From: Minutocellus sp. GHC0000111
Taxonomy: Eukaryota
Length of the DNA stretch: 64,000 bases
Direction of reading: 5' to 3'
NCBI GenBank assembly: GCA_977018835.1
Contig: OZ361260.1
Location: 930,001-994,000 of the forward strand
Below, in pieces: positions 10,374 through 21,230 of this stretch. A program made the translations under genes and the position numbers. Within the stretch, counting starts at the first letter, position 1, and each line of letters opens with the position of its first letter. A model generated the notes under the pieces. It did not search any database. It was not told where the DNA came from and saw nothing but the letters and a program-made list of their open reading frames with translations.

Positions 10374-13300
10374 ATGACGGGTGGAGGTGGAGCCAACGGC
10401 GCCGTTGGAGGCCCAGCAGGGAGCGCCACCAACGCCGACTTGCCCCCACACTCGACCGACGTCGACGAGGAATGTCGTCGCGTAGTCCAGGCCCTCGAGG
10501 CAGTGTTTTCGGTCGACGCTGCGGCGGCAGGTTCTCGGTCGGGCTCTCCTGACGCAGCGGCAGATGCAGCAAGCGGCCTGGCAACCAGCCGGGACGTGGC
10601 CAACCGATACCTGACCTCCTTCCAGCGACAGGCAGTGGCGTGGATGGTGTGCGATCGGCTCCTCAACGCAAGCAGCGGTAGTGGAGGCAGCGCAAACAAC
10701 CCAGCGGCCGTACAGTCGCAATTCTTCGCGGCACAGACGCTCCATGCGAAATGTCGGACGGATGTCGTTCAGCTCCCCAAGGATTCTTTGCCCAGTCTGC
10801 GGGATAGCTTGATGAATCACCTCACCAGTGCCAGTACGAGCAGTGGCGGCGGGAATAGGGCGCTTGTTACCCGATTGGCCATGGCAAGTGCGGCCCTTGC
10901 GGTGCAAATGAGCTGGTTCGGTGTTATTGAGGATGTGTTGAGTGGCGTCCTCGGCATCAATCTCAGCGGCGGTGGAAGCGACAACAATGTCAATGCCGAT
11001 ACCATGATCCCAACCCGTCCCGAGTTGGTGCCGGCAGCGCTTGAGTTATTCAAATTGTTACCGGAGGAGACTTGCTCAGATCGGCTCATTCTGGAGGACG
11101 ACATGCTTCGCAATCAGTTCGGTAGGCGGCTGGAGGATTCATCGGGGATGCTCATGGCATTTCTTTTGCGAACGGCCAAGACGAATGCTGAACGTGGTCC
11201 GGCCGCGGAGGATTTGACAATCACAGAAAATATTCTTCACACGCTGCATTCCTGGGTGCGGTATGTGCGATTCCATCCCCGAATGTTGGAGGGCAGTCCC
11301 CTCGTCGAGTGGACCTTCCACGTATTGGCCGATCCGAGGTACGAGGGAGACTGTTACGAGGCTGCTGTCGATGTAGTTGTGGAAATACTAAGAGCTTTCC
11401 CTTCCGATTATCCCGAGAACGAAAGGTTGGTGCACGGCGTGATCCCACTGGCCATGGCACTGGGCCGGCCGGAACCGGATGGGCCGTTCCGTTCCGCCCT
11501 GGCATCGGCAGATGAGGATCTGCTTCGTGGGTACTGCCGCATCTTCACTGAGATGGGGGAGAGCTACATGAGCCTCATCATGTGTCACCGCGACTTGAAT
11601 CAGGCGGCTTTGGTCGACCTTGTGCTGGACTGTTCCGCAATACCAGACAAAGGTAGGTCATTTTGTTGCCTCCCTGTCAGATTGGTTGATTTGTTCAATA
11701 CCAACATAAATTGTTCTCACTCTCACTATTTCCATCAATGTATCACCCGCAAAACACAGAAATCGCATCAATTACGCTCCACTTTTGGTATCGATTCGTT
11801 TCCTGGTTGGAAGATCTCGAGCCATACGAATTTCGTGACCACAAAACAAACGATTTTGCCAACCAGCTGCTTCGGCTGCTTACCATTTGTACATCTCTCA
11901 TGCGGTATCCGCCAGACATAGATTCTCTAACCGAAGATCGCGTCGAGGACATTATCAGAGATCGGTACTACGTATCAGATACCGTCGAGGATTGCTGCCG
12001 GCTTCTTGGTGGTCACGTTGTTCTACAAAATCTTGGAACTCAGCTGCAGGAAGAGTGCAATCGAGTATCGACGCTTCCCGGAGAGAGACAACTGGCCGAA
12101 TGGCATGGAATCGAGGCATGCTTTTTCGCCATTCGAGCAGTTGCTCGATACATACCCGAAGATGAAAATGCCGTTGTCCCCTTTGTTATGAAGATGATTC
12201 CTCAGCTGCCCTCCAATGTAACTCAACTACGCGAAACTGCCAATCTTACCGTTGGCCAATATGCCTTGTGGCTCGATGCTCACATTGAGCTCCTTCAGCC
12301 ACTACTTCCCTACCTTGCTCAGGGATTGCAGATGCAGGTGCCTCAGTGTGCCTCATCCGCAGCTGTTGCAATCAAACATCTCTGCGAAAGCTGCAATAGA
12401 CAGATGTCCCTTGGTGAGCCGGTGTTGGAGCTGTACGATGGTATTATTGCAGCACAGCTGCTACAACAGGCGGGTGCAGCTGGAGGTGGAGTATTGAACT
12501 TGAAAGATGAGCTGGAGGTACTGGAGGGAGCGTGCAAGGCTGTATCGCGGCAACTCCGCCAGGGGGGTATGAGTGCTGACAAAATCACGGAATTCATCAA
12601 CCGCATTGTGCAACCGGTTGGAAGTCGTTTGACTGCCCTTGCCGCTCCAGATAACGGAGCCGGTCCGAAGTCGGCCACTGCTGAAATTGAGCGCCTCACT
12701 GTAATTGTTCGTTTCTTGGAACCCCCCCGAGCGGCAGAACCCAACCAAACCGCCGCAGTGGCGCAACAAACCGCCAGGGCTGAATTTACAAAAGATATCA
12801 TGTCTCAATTCTGGCCCTTACTCGACGCCATTAGTCAGAAGCATTCGCGAGACATCAATCTCGCCGAAAAGCTTTGTCGGCTTCATAAGCATGCGATCCG
12901 AGGCTGTGGTCCCGGTGCATACCGCCCAATGCTTGAGCCCCTTCGAACGCAACTTGTACGAAACTTCTCGCAATCACACTTATCTCCCTACCTCTACTGT
13001 GCCAGTATCTGTGTTGCGGAGTACGGTCGCGATTCTGACCTTATTCCTATGCTCATGAGTATGTTCAACGACTTGTCGGTAGCTATCTTTGCGGCCCTGA
13101 AATCGCCTGCCGACTTTACCGCCCACCCCGACGTTGTCGAAGAATTCTTCTTCTTGGCCGCCAGGACCATGGCGCACTGCCCTGAACCGCTTGTGCTCAA
13201 CCCGCTGCTACATTCTCTTCTACAATGTGCAGCCGTTGGGATGAAACTTGACCATCGCGATGCCAACAGTGGAATCCTAACATTCCTCGAGAATACCATT

Positions 13301-13678
13301 TCATACGGCTTGAGTTTATCCCCAACACCTCCAGCCGGCGCTGAAAAGCAGGCAGTCCGCCAAGCTCTTGAGCAGGCAGTTATCGCGGAAGGCCAGCCGA
13401 TTGTTATCAACGTTGCCCAGGCCCTCCTGGGCGACCTCCCGGCATACCGACTCGACAATGAGCGAGGTTCGATCGCAGGGGTCCTGTTCAAACTTAACGA
13501 ATTATGCCCCCAACTTTTGATGCAGTGGATCAACCCTGCGCTTACTACGGCCCCCCAAGGACCTCGAGACCAATTCCTCAAGAGCCTTGCGAGCAAAGTC
13601 CCTCGGGATGAGCTCAACTCGACCGTCCGCCAATTTAGCAACTCGTGCTATCGCAACCGCAAGTTGAGGAATCGCTGA
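10374..13678 (+). CDS. Importin-beta family karyopherin, transportin-SR/TNPO3 (MOS14)-like (intron 11653-11759)
   Basis: ANRYLTSFQRQAVAW, FFAAQTLHAK, CRIFTEMGESY, ITLHFWY, HPDVVEEFF; intron links ORFs 10335-11921 and 11711-13678. Confidence 0.85.
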
Positions 13679-13926
13679 TCAGGCGACACAATGTGCACAA
13701 TGCTACAGTTGTATCACAAACAAATTCATAATGTAGGCTAAAACGTAAATCGGAGTACAATAGAGATAAGATCTTCACTGATATTTTACTATTAATAGCG
13801 CTATTCATGTGCAAAGTGCAGATTTCTTTGGATTTTGTGCGTAATTGTTTTCTTCCCGCAGTAGCTTGGTCGTCATCTAATGTCGGAATCGAATCGATCC
13901 AAATGAATGAAATGTCCGTCAGGCAA

Positions 13927-16869
13927 TTAATGTCTTTGCTCTCCTGGGCTCGTCTCATTGGTTGTCCATTCGAGATCACAAACAACCGAGACATGATCCG
14001 ATGGCATGAATTCATTTGGCATAGCCACATATCGACTAATCTCGTCAGCGTTGGGCATTGGTGCTGCCTTCTTGGGCCTGAATCCATACCGCTCATGCTC
14101 CGATATTTCGGAAGCCAACACGTAATCGAGAGTCTCAACAAAGTCCACAGCGAAATTGGTGAACTCGGGCATGTCGGGACATCCTGAAACGAGGTTGGGA
14201 AATGAGGGAGGTAGCACAATCGGAGGGGGGTGAAATGGCTCGGTAAATGAGTCATCAGCGAGGGATTCTTCATCTTCGTGAGCCTCTTCAAATGTTTCCT
14301 CGACGTAGAGAGGGTCCTCTTCTGTATCGGCGGTGGCTTCATTGCCGACGTAGCCATGATCTAGCATCCAGGACGTGTCGCCCATCTCCCAGCGATAATC
14401 GTGGAGGTGCTTCCAAGTTTCGTGGTGACTGTCCACCGCCCTCGTGAACAATAGCTGGACGGCTCCGCATAAAGGAGCGGAATTCAAGTCACCGCAAAGC
14501 ACAAGAGGGTATGGATCTGACCCATCTTGACGACGAACCTCATCAATCTTTTTGCATACCACGTAGGCCTGCATGGCTCGTATATGGTCCGCCATAGGGT
14601 GATAAAACAAATGAGTATTTGCCAGTATCATTCGTTTGGGCTTCGAAGCGGCGTTGGCGTTTGTGGCATCATCTCTGGGATTCTTCAAAGTCAAATTTGC
14701 AACTTGAAGGATTTGACCCGTCTTCTCCCTGGCAATGCGCCGCAATTCATCGTGCTTGCCCATCAAATCGAGAATTTCATCCATCGAATTCCACTTATTG
14801 AGCTGCTTGTTTCCGGCATCTTCACTATTGTCATCAGTAGAGCCAAAATTACCTTTTAGGAGGTGATCTTCATGCTCTGCAAAGAGGTCGCGAATCGAAA
14901 TCGTCTTCGTGTCGAATTCAGAAACCTCCTCAAAGCACGATGTGCTCCAAAACATTGCACACCCCTCCTGCTGCGTAGATGCCTTGTTACTGTAGAAGCC
15001 TTGATAGCCCTTGCTCTCGAGAACAGGTCGAAGAAGAGTATCGTAGATCGATGTATCCACTTCTTGGAGGCAAATGACGTCAGCGTTGTATGCCAAAATC
15101 TCGTAGATTAGCATTGGCATTCGTCGCCAACGCATGAGATGACTGAGATCACAATGTGCATACATCAAGTGTTGGTCAACATCCCTGGAGGTGTACAAAT
15201 CCGCTAGGATATTGTATGTGAGAACTCGGAGGTCGTCTCGTTCCGAGGCCGATCTCTTCTGAGTCCAGCCATCTCGGACTGGAGAGACAATCGGCATCCA
15301 CGGCAAAGGCTCGACAAGATTCTTGAAACGATATGCTTCCTCACAACCCCGACCATCATGCCCAGGCCTGGTAGGAACAATAAGAACCGACAATGACTTG
15401 CCAACGTCCTCGGCTTTTGGAGTGTAGCTCCTGTTGTCCTTCGAGACAAGCTCACCGCTGACATACCAATTGATCACAGCTCGAGACGCAAAAATGAGCT
15501 CGGTCTCGATCACAAGTGGCACCCCCACGAACACCTGAGCCTCAAATTTTTCCTATAAATGGGCATAGAAGGGTGCGAAGCAGAGAATTAGCAATTATTG
15601 CAGTGAACATGATCGACAAGCACGCACAGTTACAAGTATACTTACGAATATTTGGACTCGCAGAATTGTAGGCGGGCAACACACTACATCTAAGTGAATG
15701 TAGCTGTCCAGCGAGTCGTCTTCGACGTCTGGATTCAAAACCGATACACCGACACGATTTCTCTGATCGGGATGGAGTTCGTATTCATAAGCTACCTTTC
15801 GCCAGAGCTCGGCATTTGTTAAGCCTGACAAATCTATTTCCTGCAGCTTATCGCCGTTGTCCCATTCATCTTTGGCATTGGCCTTGACAACCATTGAGCT
15901 CGAAGCAGTGACATTCTGAGTTGCGATATTTTCGGTCCTCTTCTTGTTTTGTCTCTTGCCTCTACCGCATCTATGAGTAACTGTTTGCATCTTCTTTTCG
16001 GTTGATAGCTCTAATCTACGCAGTGTTCTTAGCGCACTTTCGTCGGCATCTCGTTTCATGTGGATAAAGAGCAGTTGTGAGGAGCCTTCTTCAGTATCCG
16101 GCGAAGTACTCGACGCACCCACTGACCCCGATTCGGAATTAATTTCTGAGTTGCTTCCACTCCCACTCCCGCTCCCAGGACCGTGAATACTCCGTTGAAT
16201 ATTGACAAAGCTTGGTATGTGCTGACGGAATAGGAACACATCCAAGGTCACCAACAGGTCGCTCTCTCCACCCGATCCAGATAAATCATACTGGCATCCA
16301 TCTTGATCAGCTGGAGCGAGACTGAGAACGTCGCTGCAGACCCCCTCCGATCCCTTCCGTTCTATGACTGGCACCTTGGTGATAGGCTCAACGACCCCAC
16401 CCTCCAAACTGGATGGGTCGATCGCCCACTTGGGCTTGGAAGACTCATATTCGCTAAACGTCTTGGGTAAGATCCTGGCAACCAGTCGGCCAGACCACCC
16501 CCAAGTTGAAGATGTAGCAGACACTGCAGCTACATCATTTTTCAATGTTCGCCGTGCGCTTGTCGATGCCGCCAATCGGGCCTGAGAGATCATCGAGGGT
16601 GACTCTCCTTCTCTCTTCAGATATCGTTCGCTGTACGATGGCTCCTCTTTCTGTTGCTCTCGGTCTGACGCTTCACTCTCTTTCGCCGAAAGGAAACTTT
16701 CACTGCCGCTGCCGTTATTATTTGTGGTATCGCTACGGCCTCTTGATGACGATATTGGCGGTCGTAGCGGACTGGTTTTGGCGCTGCCCCACGTCTTGCC
16801 ACTATTGCTTTTGCTGCCTGCACTTGTTCCGGATGATAAGAATGCCTGAACAATCCCCCGCCCAACCAT
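13927..16869 (-). CDS. EEP-family nuclease, 2',5'-phosphodiesterase 12 / CCR4-Angel-like (intron 15553-15645; start uncertain)
   Basis: RVLTYNILAD, DVICLQEVD, ANTHLFYHP, LCGDLNS, FTNF..TLDY and PSDHVSVVCD catalytic motifs. Confidence 0.85.
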
Positions 16870-17295
16870 CAACCTAAGCAGTACCGCTATGAGTAGTATT
16901 TTGTTGTATGCGAATGACGACGCCCCGAAGGGGGCGTCTCCTACGATTATTCCTCGCCGGTTCTGTCGCTGGGAAATGTTGATATCTGGTTGCTACTACT
17001 ACCGTTTCTTGTTCTTGATGATGATGACTGATGGACTTCTTTCGGCCCAAGATGGCGGATTGCATTTGATTGCTGGTGCTACTGAAAGTGCTGGCAGTTT
17101 TTTGGGTGGTGTTCTCGAGTTGGTACTTGGAGAAGCAGACGCTCATTACTATTGTTTTGCAGTTTGATGAAGCCTTGTACGTGCTTTTGTGAGCAGATCG
17201 ACCACCTCGTTGACTTCGCTTGCGAGTGCTATCGTCGCGATCAGCGTTCTCGTTCGCAAAAGTTGATGCTTTGGCATCGGCGTCAATTTGTGTCA

Positions 17296-17574
17296 GGAGA
17301 GGTCGGAAAAAAATCTCGATCGGCGAAGTTCGTCATCGCAACACGGAATCCTTTTTTACTTTATTTTTTCCGGCGGAAAGATTTCTTTTTCCGCGGAAGA
17401 AAAGGGCGAGGATTTTTTTCCGGCGGAAGATTTTCACATGAAAGTGTTCAAAACAGCAAGGAAAATTTTGGCGAAGTCGGAAAAAGACTTCGCCAAAACT
17501 TTCCGACGGAAAAATAAATCTCTCCGCGGAAACTTCTTCTCAAGAAAATCTTCCGAAAATTTTCCGACCTCTCC
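17296..17574. mobile_element. MITE-like foldback element with 15-bp terminal inverted repeats
   Basis: GGAGAGGTCGGAAAA (17296-17310) and TTTTCCGACCTCTCC (17560-17574); internal 13-bp hairpin; no TSD recognised. Confidence 0.55.
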
Positions 17575-17731
17575 AGAGAGTGGTGGACGGCATGACAGAC
17601 GTTTTTCGATCGAATGCGAGAAGTCAAGGTGCAAGGCTGAGAGAGCTGGCCGAGAGCGAGAGCATAGCGACAGAGTACAGAGTAGCAGGCCGGTACATAC
17701 ATCCGTACCAGCTGCGTTGGTGAAAGGTGCA

Positions 17732-18826
17732 ATGGGGAAGAAAAAGGGCGGCGGCAAGCAGGCCAAGGGCTCGGCAGGTGGTGGCAAGAAGAAGAGAGGT
17801 GGGAAATATGCTGCCATGGAAGACGAAAATAGCGATGACGCCTCATCGCAACCAAGACAGTCACAGGGCAGACGTGGCAAGAAAAAGACGAGGGGAGGCA
17901 ACAAGGCGAGGAATCAACAAATGATGCACGACGACGACGCTTTTCGAAAAACTCTTCTGGCCCAAGGGTCCTTCAGCATTAACGAGATGGCGGCGGATGG
18001 CAATTGTTTGTTCCGATCGCTATCCGACCAGTTATTTGGAGACTACGGCAATCGGCACGATGTTATTCGCCAGAATGTGTGCAGCTTCCTCGAAGATAAC
18101 GAGGAAGAATTTGCGGTATTTCTACTGCTGGACGAACACGATGAGGACGTTGCCGATTTTGACACCTACGTCGGTAGGATGAAGGAGGATGGCGAGTGGG
18201 GTGGAAATGTGGAGCTAGTGGCGGCCGCAAGATTTTATCGAAGGACGATTACGGTGTACAGTCCAACGGGCGCCTTTTCGATCGAGAGTGGCCATGACGA
18301 AGAGTCGGGCGATAAGCTATTGCTATCGTATCATGGGCAGGACCACTACAACAGCATCCGAGACGAAAATACCAAGATCAAACCCATGAGTGTTTCTACT
18401 GATACCAATGGTAGAACCAAGAATTCCAATGGTGGTGGTGGTGGTGGTGGTGGCCGAAAGAAGAAAAAGAAGAAGGACAAGAGCGGATTGGAGGACGATG
18501 AAAAGAAGGATGATTTTGACGAGGGTACGTCTCGTGCTGATGATGATAAAAGTCACTGTGATGATGAAGGCGACAGCGCTGTTGCTGAAGACAAGCAGCA
18601 ACAGAACCAAAAACCAGAGAAGACTTTGCGGAAGAACAATCCTTGTCCCTGCGGAAGCGGGCTACGGTACAAAAAATGCTGCCTCGCTGCGGAAAAGAGC
18701 AAGGCCCGGGCTGCCAAATGGAAGGAGAAGCATGGAATAAACGGAGATGATGGGGAGGCAGGAAAAAATGACAGCGAAGGCGAAACCGACGAAGTGGAAG
18801 GAAGTTTTAGGGTGCTAAAAATATAA
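17732..18826 (+). CDS. OTU-family deubiquitinase (OTUD3-like) with C-terminal SEC-C zinc motif
   Basis: DGNCLFRSLSDQ, WGGNVEL, LSYHGQDHYNS; RKNNPCPCGSGLRYKKCC. Confidence 0.9.
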   Translation: MGKKKGGGKQAKGSAGGGKKKRGGKYAAMEDENSDDASSQPRQSQGRRGKKKTRGGNKARNQQMMHDDDAFRKTLLAQGSFSINEMAADGNCLFRSLSDQLFGDYGNRHDVIRQNVCSFLEDNEEEFAVFLLLDEHDEDVADFDTYVGRMKEDGEWGGNVELVAAARFYRRTITVYSPTGAFSIESGHDEESGDKLLLSYHGQDHYNSIRDENTKIKPMSVSTDTNGRTKNSNGGGGGGGGRKKKKKKDKSGLEDDEKKDDFDEGTSRADDDKSHCDDEGDSAVAEDKQQQNQKPEKTLRKNNPCPCGSGLRYKKCCLAAEKSKARAAKWKEKHGINGDDGEAGKNDSEGETDEVEGSFRVLKI

Positions 18827-19453
18827 AAATGACAATTGGATCTAGCTACTTAGATCTATCTCAGTACTGGTGGATTCCTCTAGAGTTGACTTTAGATCTA
18901 GTTACGTAGGAATATGTACCGGTATGCAGCATGTCAACACACTTGTAGCGCAAAACATGCAGCATTCGTACCAGTATTTTCTGGAGTTGCAAAATTCTTA
19001 AAATGGAGAAATGAACTTTTGAGAGCACTTTGGTCGGAAAGACTGACACACGTCATCTACGACTACGTAGACCCTACGCTAAAATGCCTGAGCACGCGTT
19101 CAATGCGTGTTTAGTGCTGATGCGGTGATGTTCTAGTGGCTAACGCAAGCTCAGGGAGGGGGTACCCATCTGCGCGCATAGAGATAGTTTGCTAGATTTC
19201 CTTTGTTCCGGCACGTAGTCAGATTCGTGTGGATAGTTAGTTGCGCTACAGCAGATGATGATGATGGCCCGGGTGCCCCGATGAGTTGTTGAATGCGAGC
19301 AGAAGCATGTTGTTGTTAAAGTCTAAGTAACGGGTGTGTTTTTATCATGTGTAGATCTACATGTAGTGGTTTTAGAAGGCAGTTTCAACACCATGGCACT
19401 TCGTGCTAGTTTTCTTTTGGAAACACTATGGCACTTCGTGCTGCTATGTTCGC

Positions 19454-19655
19454 TGTTGATGCCGTGGGATATGTACGTACGTATACATACGTACGGTACG
19501 TACGGTGATCAGACCACTGAGACTCAGTGCCCTCTCCTGACCGTTGATCCATGGGCCAACGACATCTCCGATGGCCCATTTTTCATCTACGTAGGTCCTA
19601 TTAACCTCTACTAGCTATATCTATCTAGCTTAGCTTTAGGACCTCTTACTTAGCA
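19454..19655 (+). repeat. 5' LTR (202 bp)
   Basis: TGTTGATGCC...CTTACTTAGCA, near-identical to 25464-25661. Confidence 0.95.
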
Positions 19656-19947
19656 GACCTACGTGATACATCTTTTCCACCCGTGCTCGCCCCATTTCGG
19701 TTCGCACCTCACCGGTTTGTGTCTTGGGTTCTCACTCGTCACGCAAGAAAAACCGACACATCTTCAATCGGCCAAAACGACCGTTTCTTTCGACAATATT
19801 GGAACGACGATCCAATCCCTTCCCCGAAAGTCCTGACCAGATCGACCCATCCAATCGATCACACTTCTCTGGATCGAACCTTCTGTCGATCACACGTCTC
19901 GCAGCAACACCGCCGTGCTGCCTGTCTTCGCTGACTGAAACACCAGC

Positions 19948-21230
19948 ATGAATCCCGACGCAGTTTTTGGCCAACCTCTCGGCGCAGCGCCGATTCTCCC
20001 CACCAAGTTAATCACACGTATGAATGACCCAGGACAACCTCCCCAACGCGAGCGTGTTGCCAAAGCGCTCAAGGAACTTCAACAAGCGGCGGCCAGCATT
20101 CCAGCAGGGGGCACAATGACCACAACCTCGGCCATTTGGGCCTCGTCGTCAGCGATGCCGAATGCACCACCAAAAGTGACGGCCGACCACATGTGCCTCC
20201 GGCAAATCCTGGCCCCAGCCCCACCATTCCCGCCGTGGCCAATCTAGACCAACGCGATCGTGCAATCCGGCGACATCACATCGAAAAGGGCCACTACAAC
20301 TTGTACGAGCAAGTCAACACGGCGCTCAAGAATCTCCTCCTCGACTCGATCGACGCCGTCTACATCAATCATCTCGAAGATGACATGCTCGGTTTCCAGC
20401 CAGTCACCATCCGCCAAATCATCGACAGCATCACCGATCGCTACTTGAAATTCAACGAGACTCAGAAGGAGGAATTAGAGAAGCAGCTCGAGAAGCAGCA
20501 CGACGGGGGACCCATCGACACCCACATCGCCATGTTCAACAAAGTCTTCAAGGCGTTTGAAACGGCCGGCGAACCCTTCACCAACAAGCAAAAGGTCTCC
20601 AAGTTCTACCGCTCCGTGCGCAGGTTCTCATTGGCAAAGAAGGCATGCGAGGACTGGGACGACAGACCGGAGGCCGAACGCACGTGGGCCAACATGCAGT
20701 CAGACTTCCGCGATTGGTGTGATAAGAAGATGGCCAATGCCACCACCGAAGCGGCAGGATATCATGGCGCGAATTTGGCCTCATCGGCCTCGGACGATCC
20801 ATTTCTTTCTCGAGCCGATCTCCTTTTGGCTGATACCACCGAAGCCCTCAAGACCAACCAAGCCATGATGGCGAACCTCGCCAAAAAGAGCAACGAGAAG
20901 GATGATACCATTGCCAAACTTCGCCAAGAAATAGCTTCACTCAAGGCCGAGAACCGCGTTCTGCGTGAGGGACGCAACCATGCTGGTGGCAGTGGAGGCT
21001 ACCGCGGCGGTGGCCAGCAGAACGGCGCCGGCCACTTCCCAGGCCAAGGTCCTAACCTCAACCGCCAGGAGAAGCGGGAACTGCAGTCGATCCTCCCCAG
21101 AGGCCATTATTGCCACACGTGCGGCTATTCGTCCAACCACCCCAGCTTTGAATGCACTTGCAAAGGGCCCAACCACGTTGATAACGCCACCAAGTACAAT
21201 CCTTGCGGTGGTAGCTCGCGTCGTAACTGA
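19948..21230 (+). CDS. gag: Copia gag (1-nt frameshift in G run at ~20107-20111)
   Basis: ASIP..GHLGLVV motif split across two frames; C-terminal YCHTCGY..H.SFEC knuckle-like motif. Confidence 0.8.

Noticed and set aside
17288..17731. 148-aa N-terminal extension of the OTU ORF
   Set aside because: Reads through the foldback element from a GTG; ATG 17732 is the plausible start
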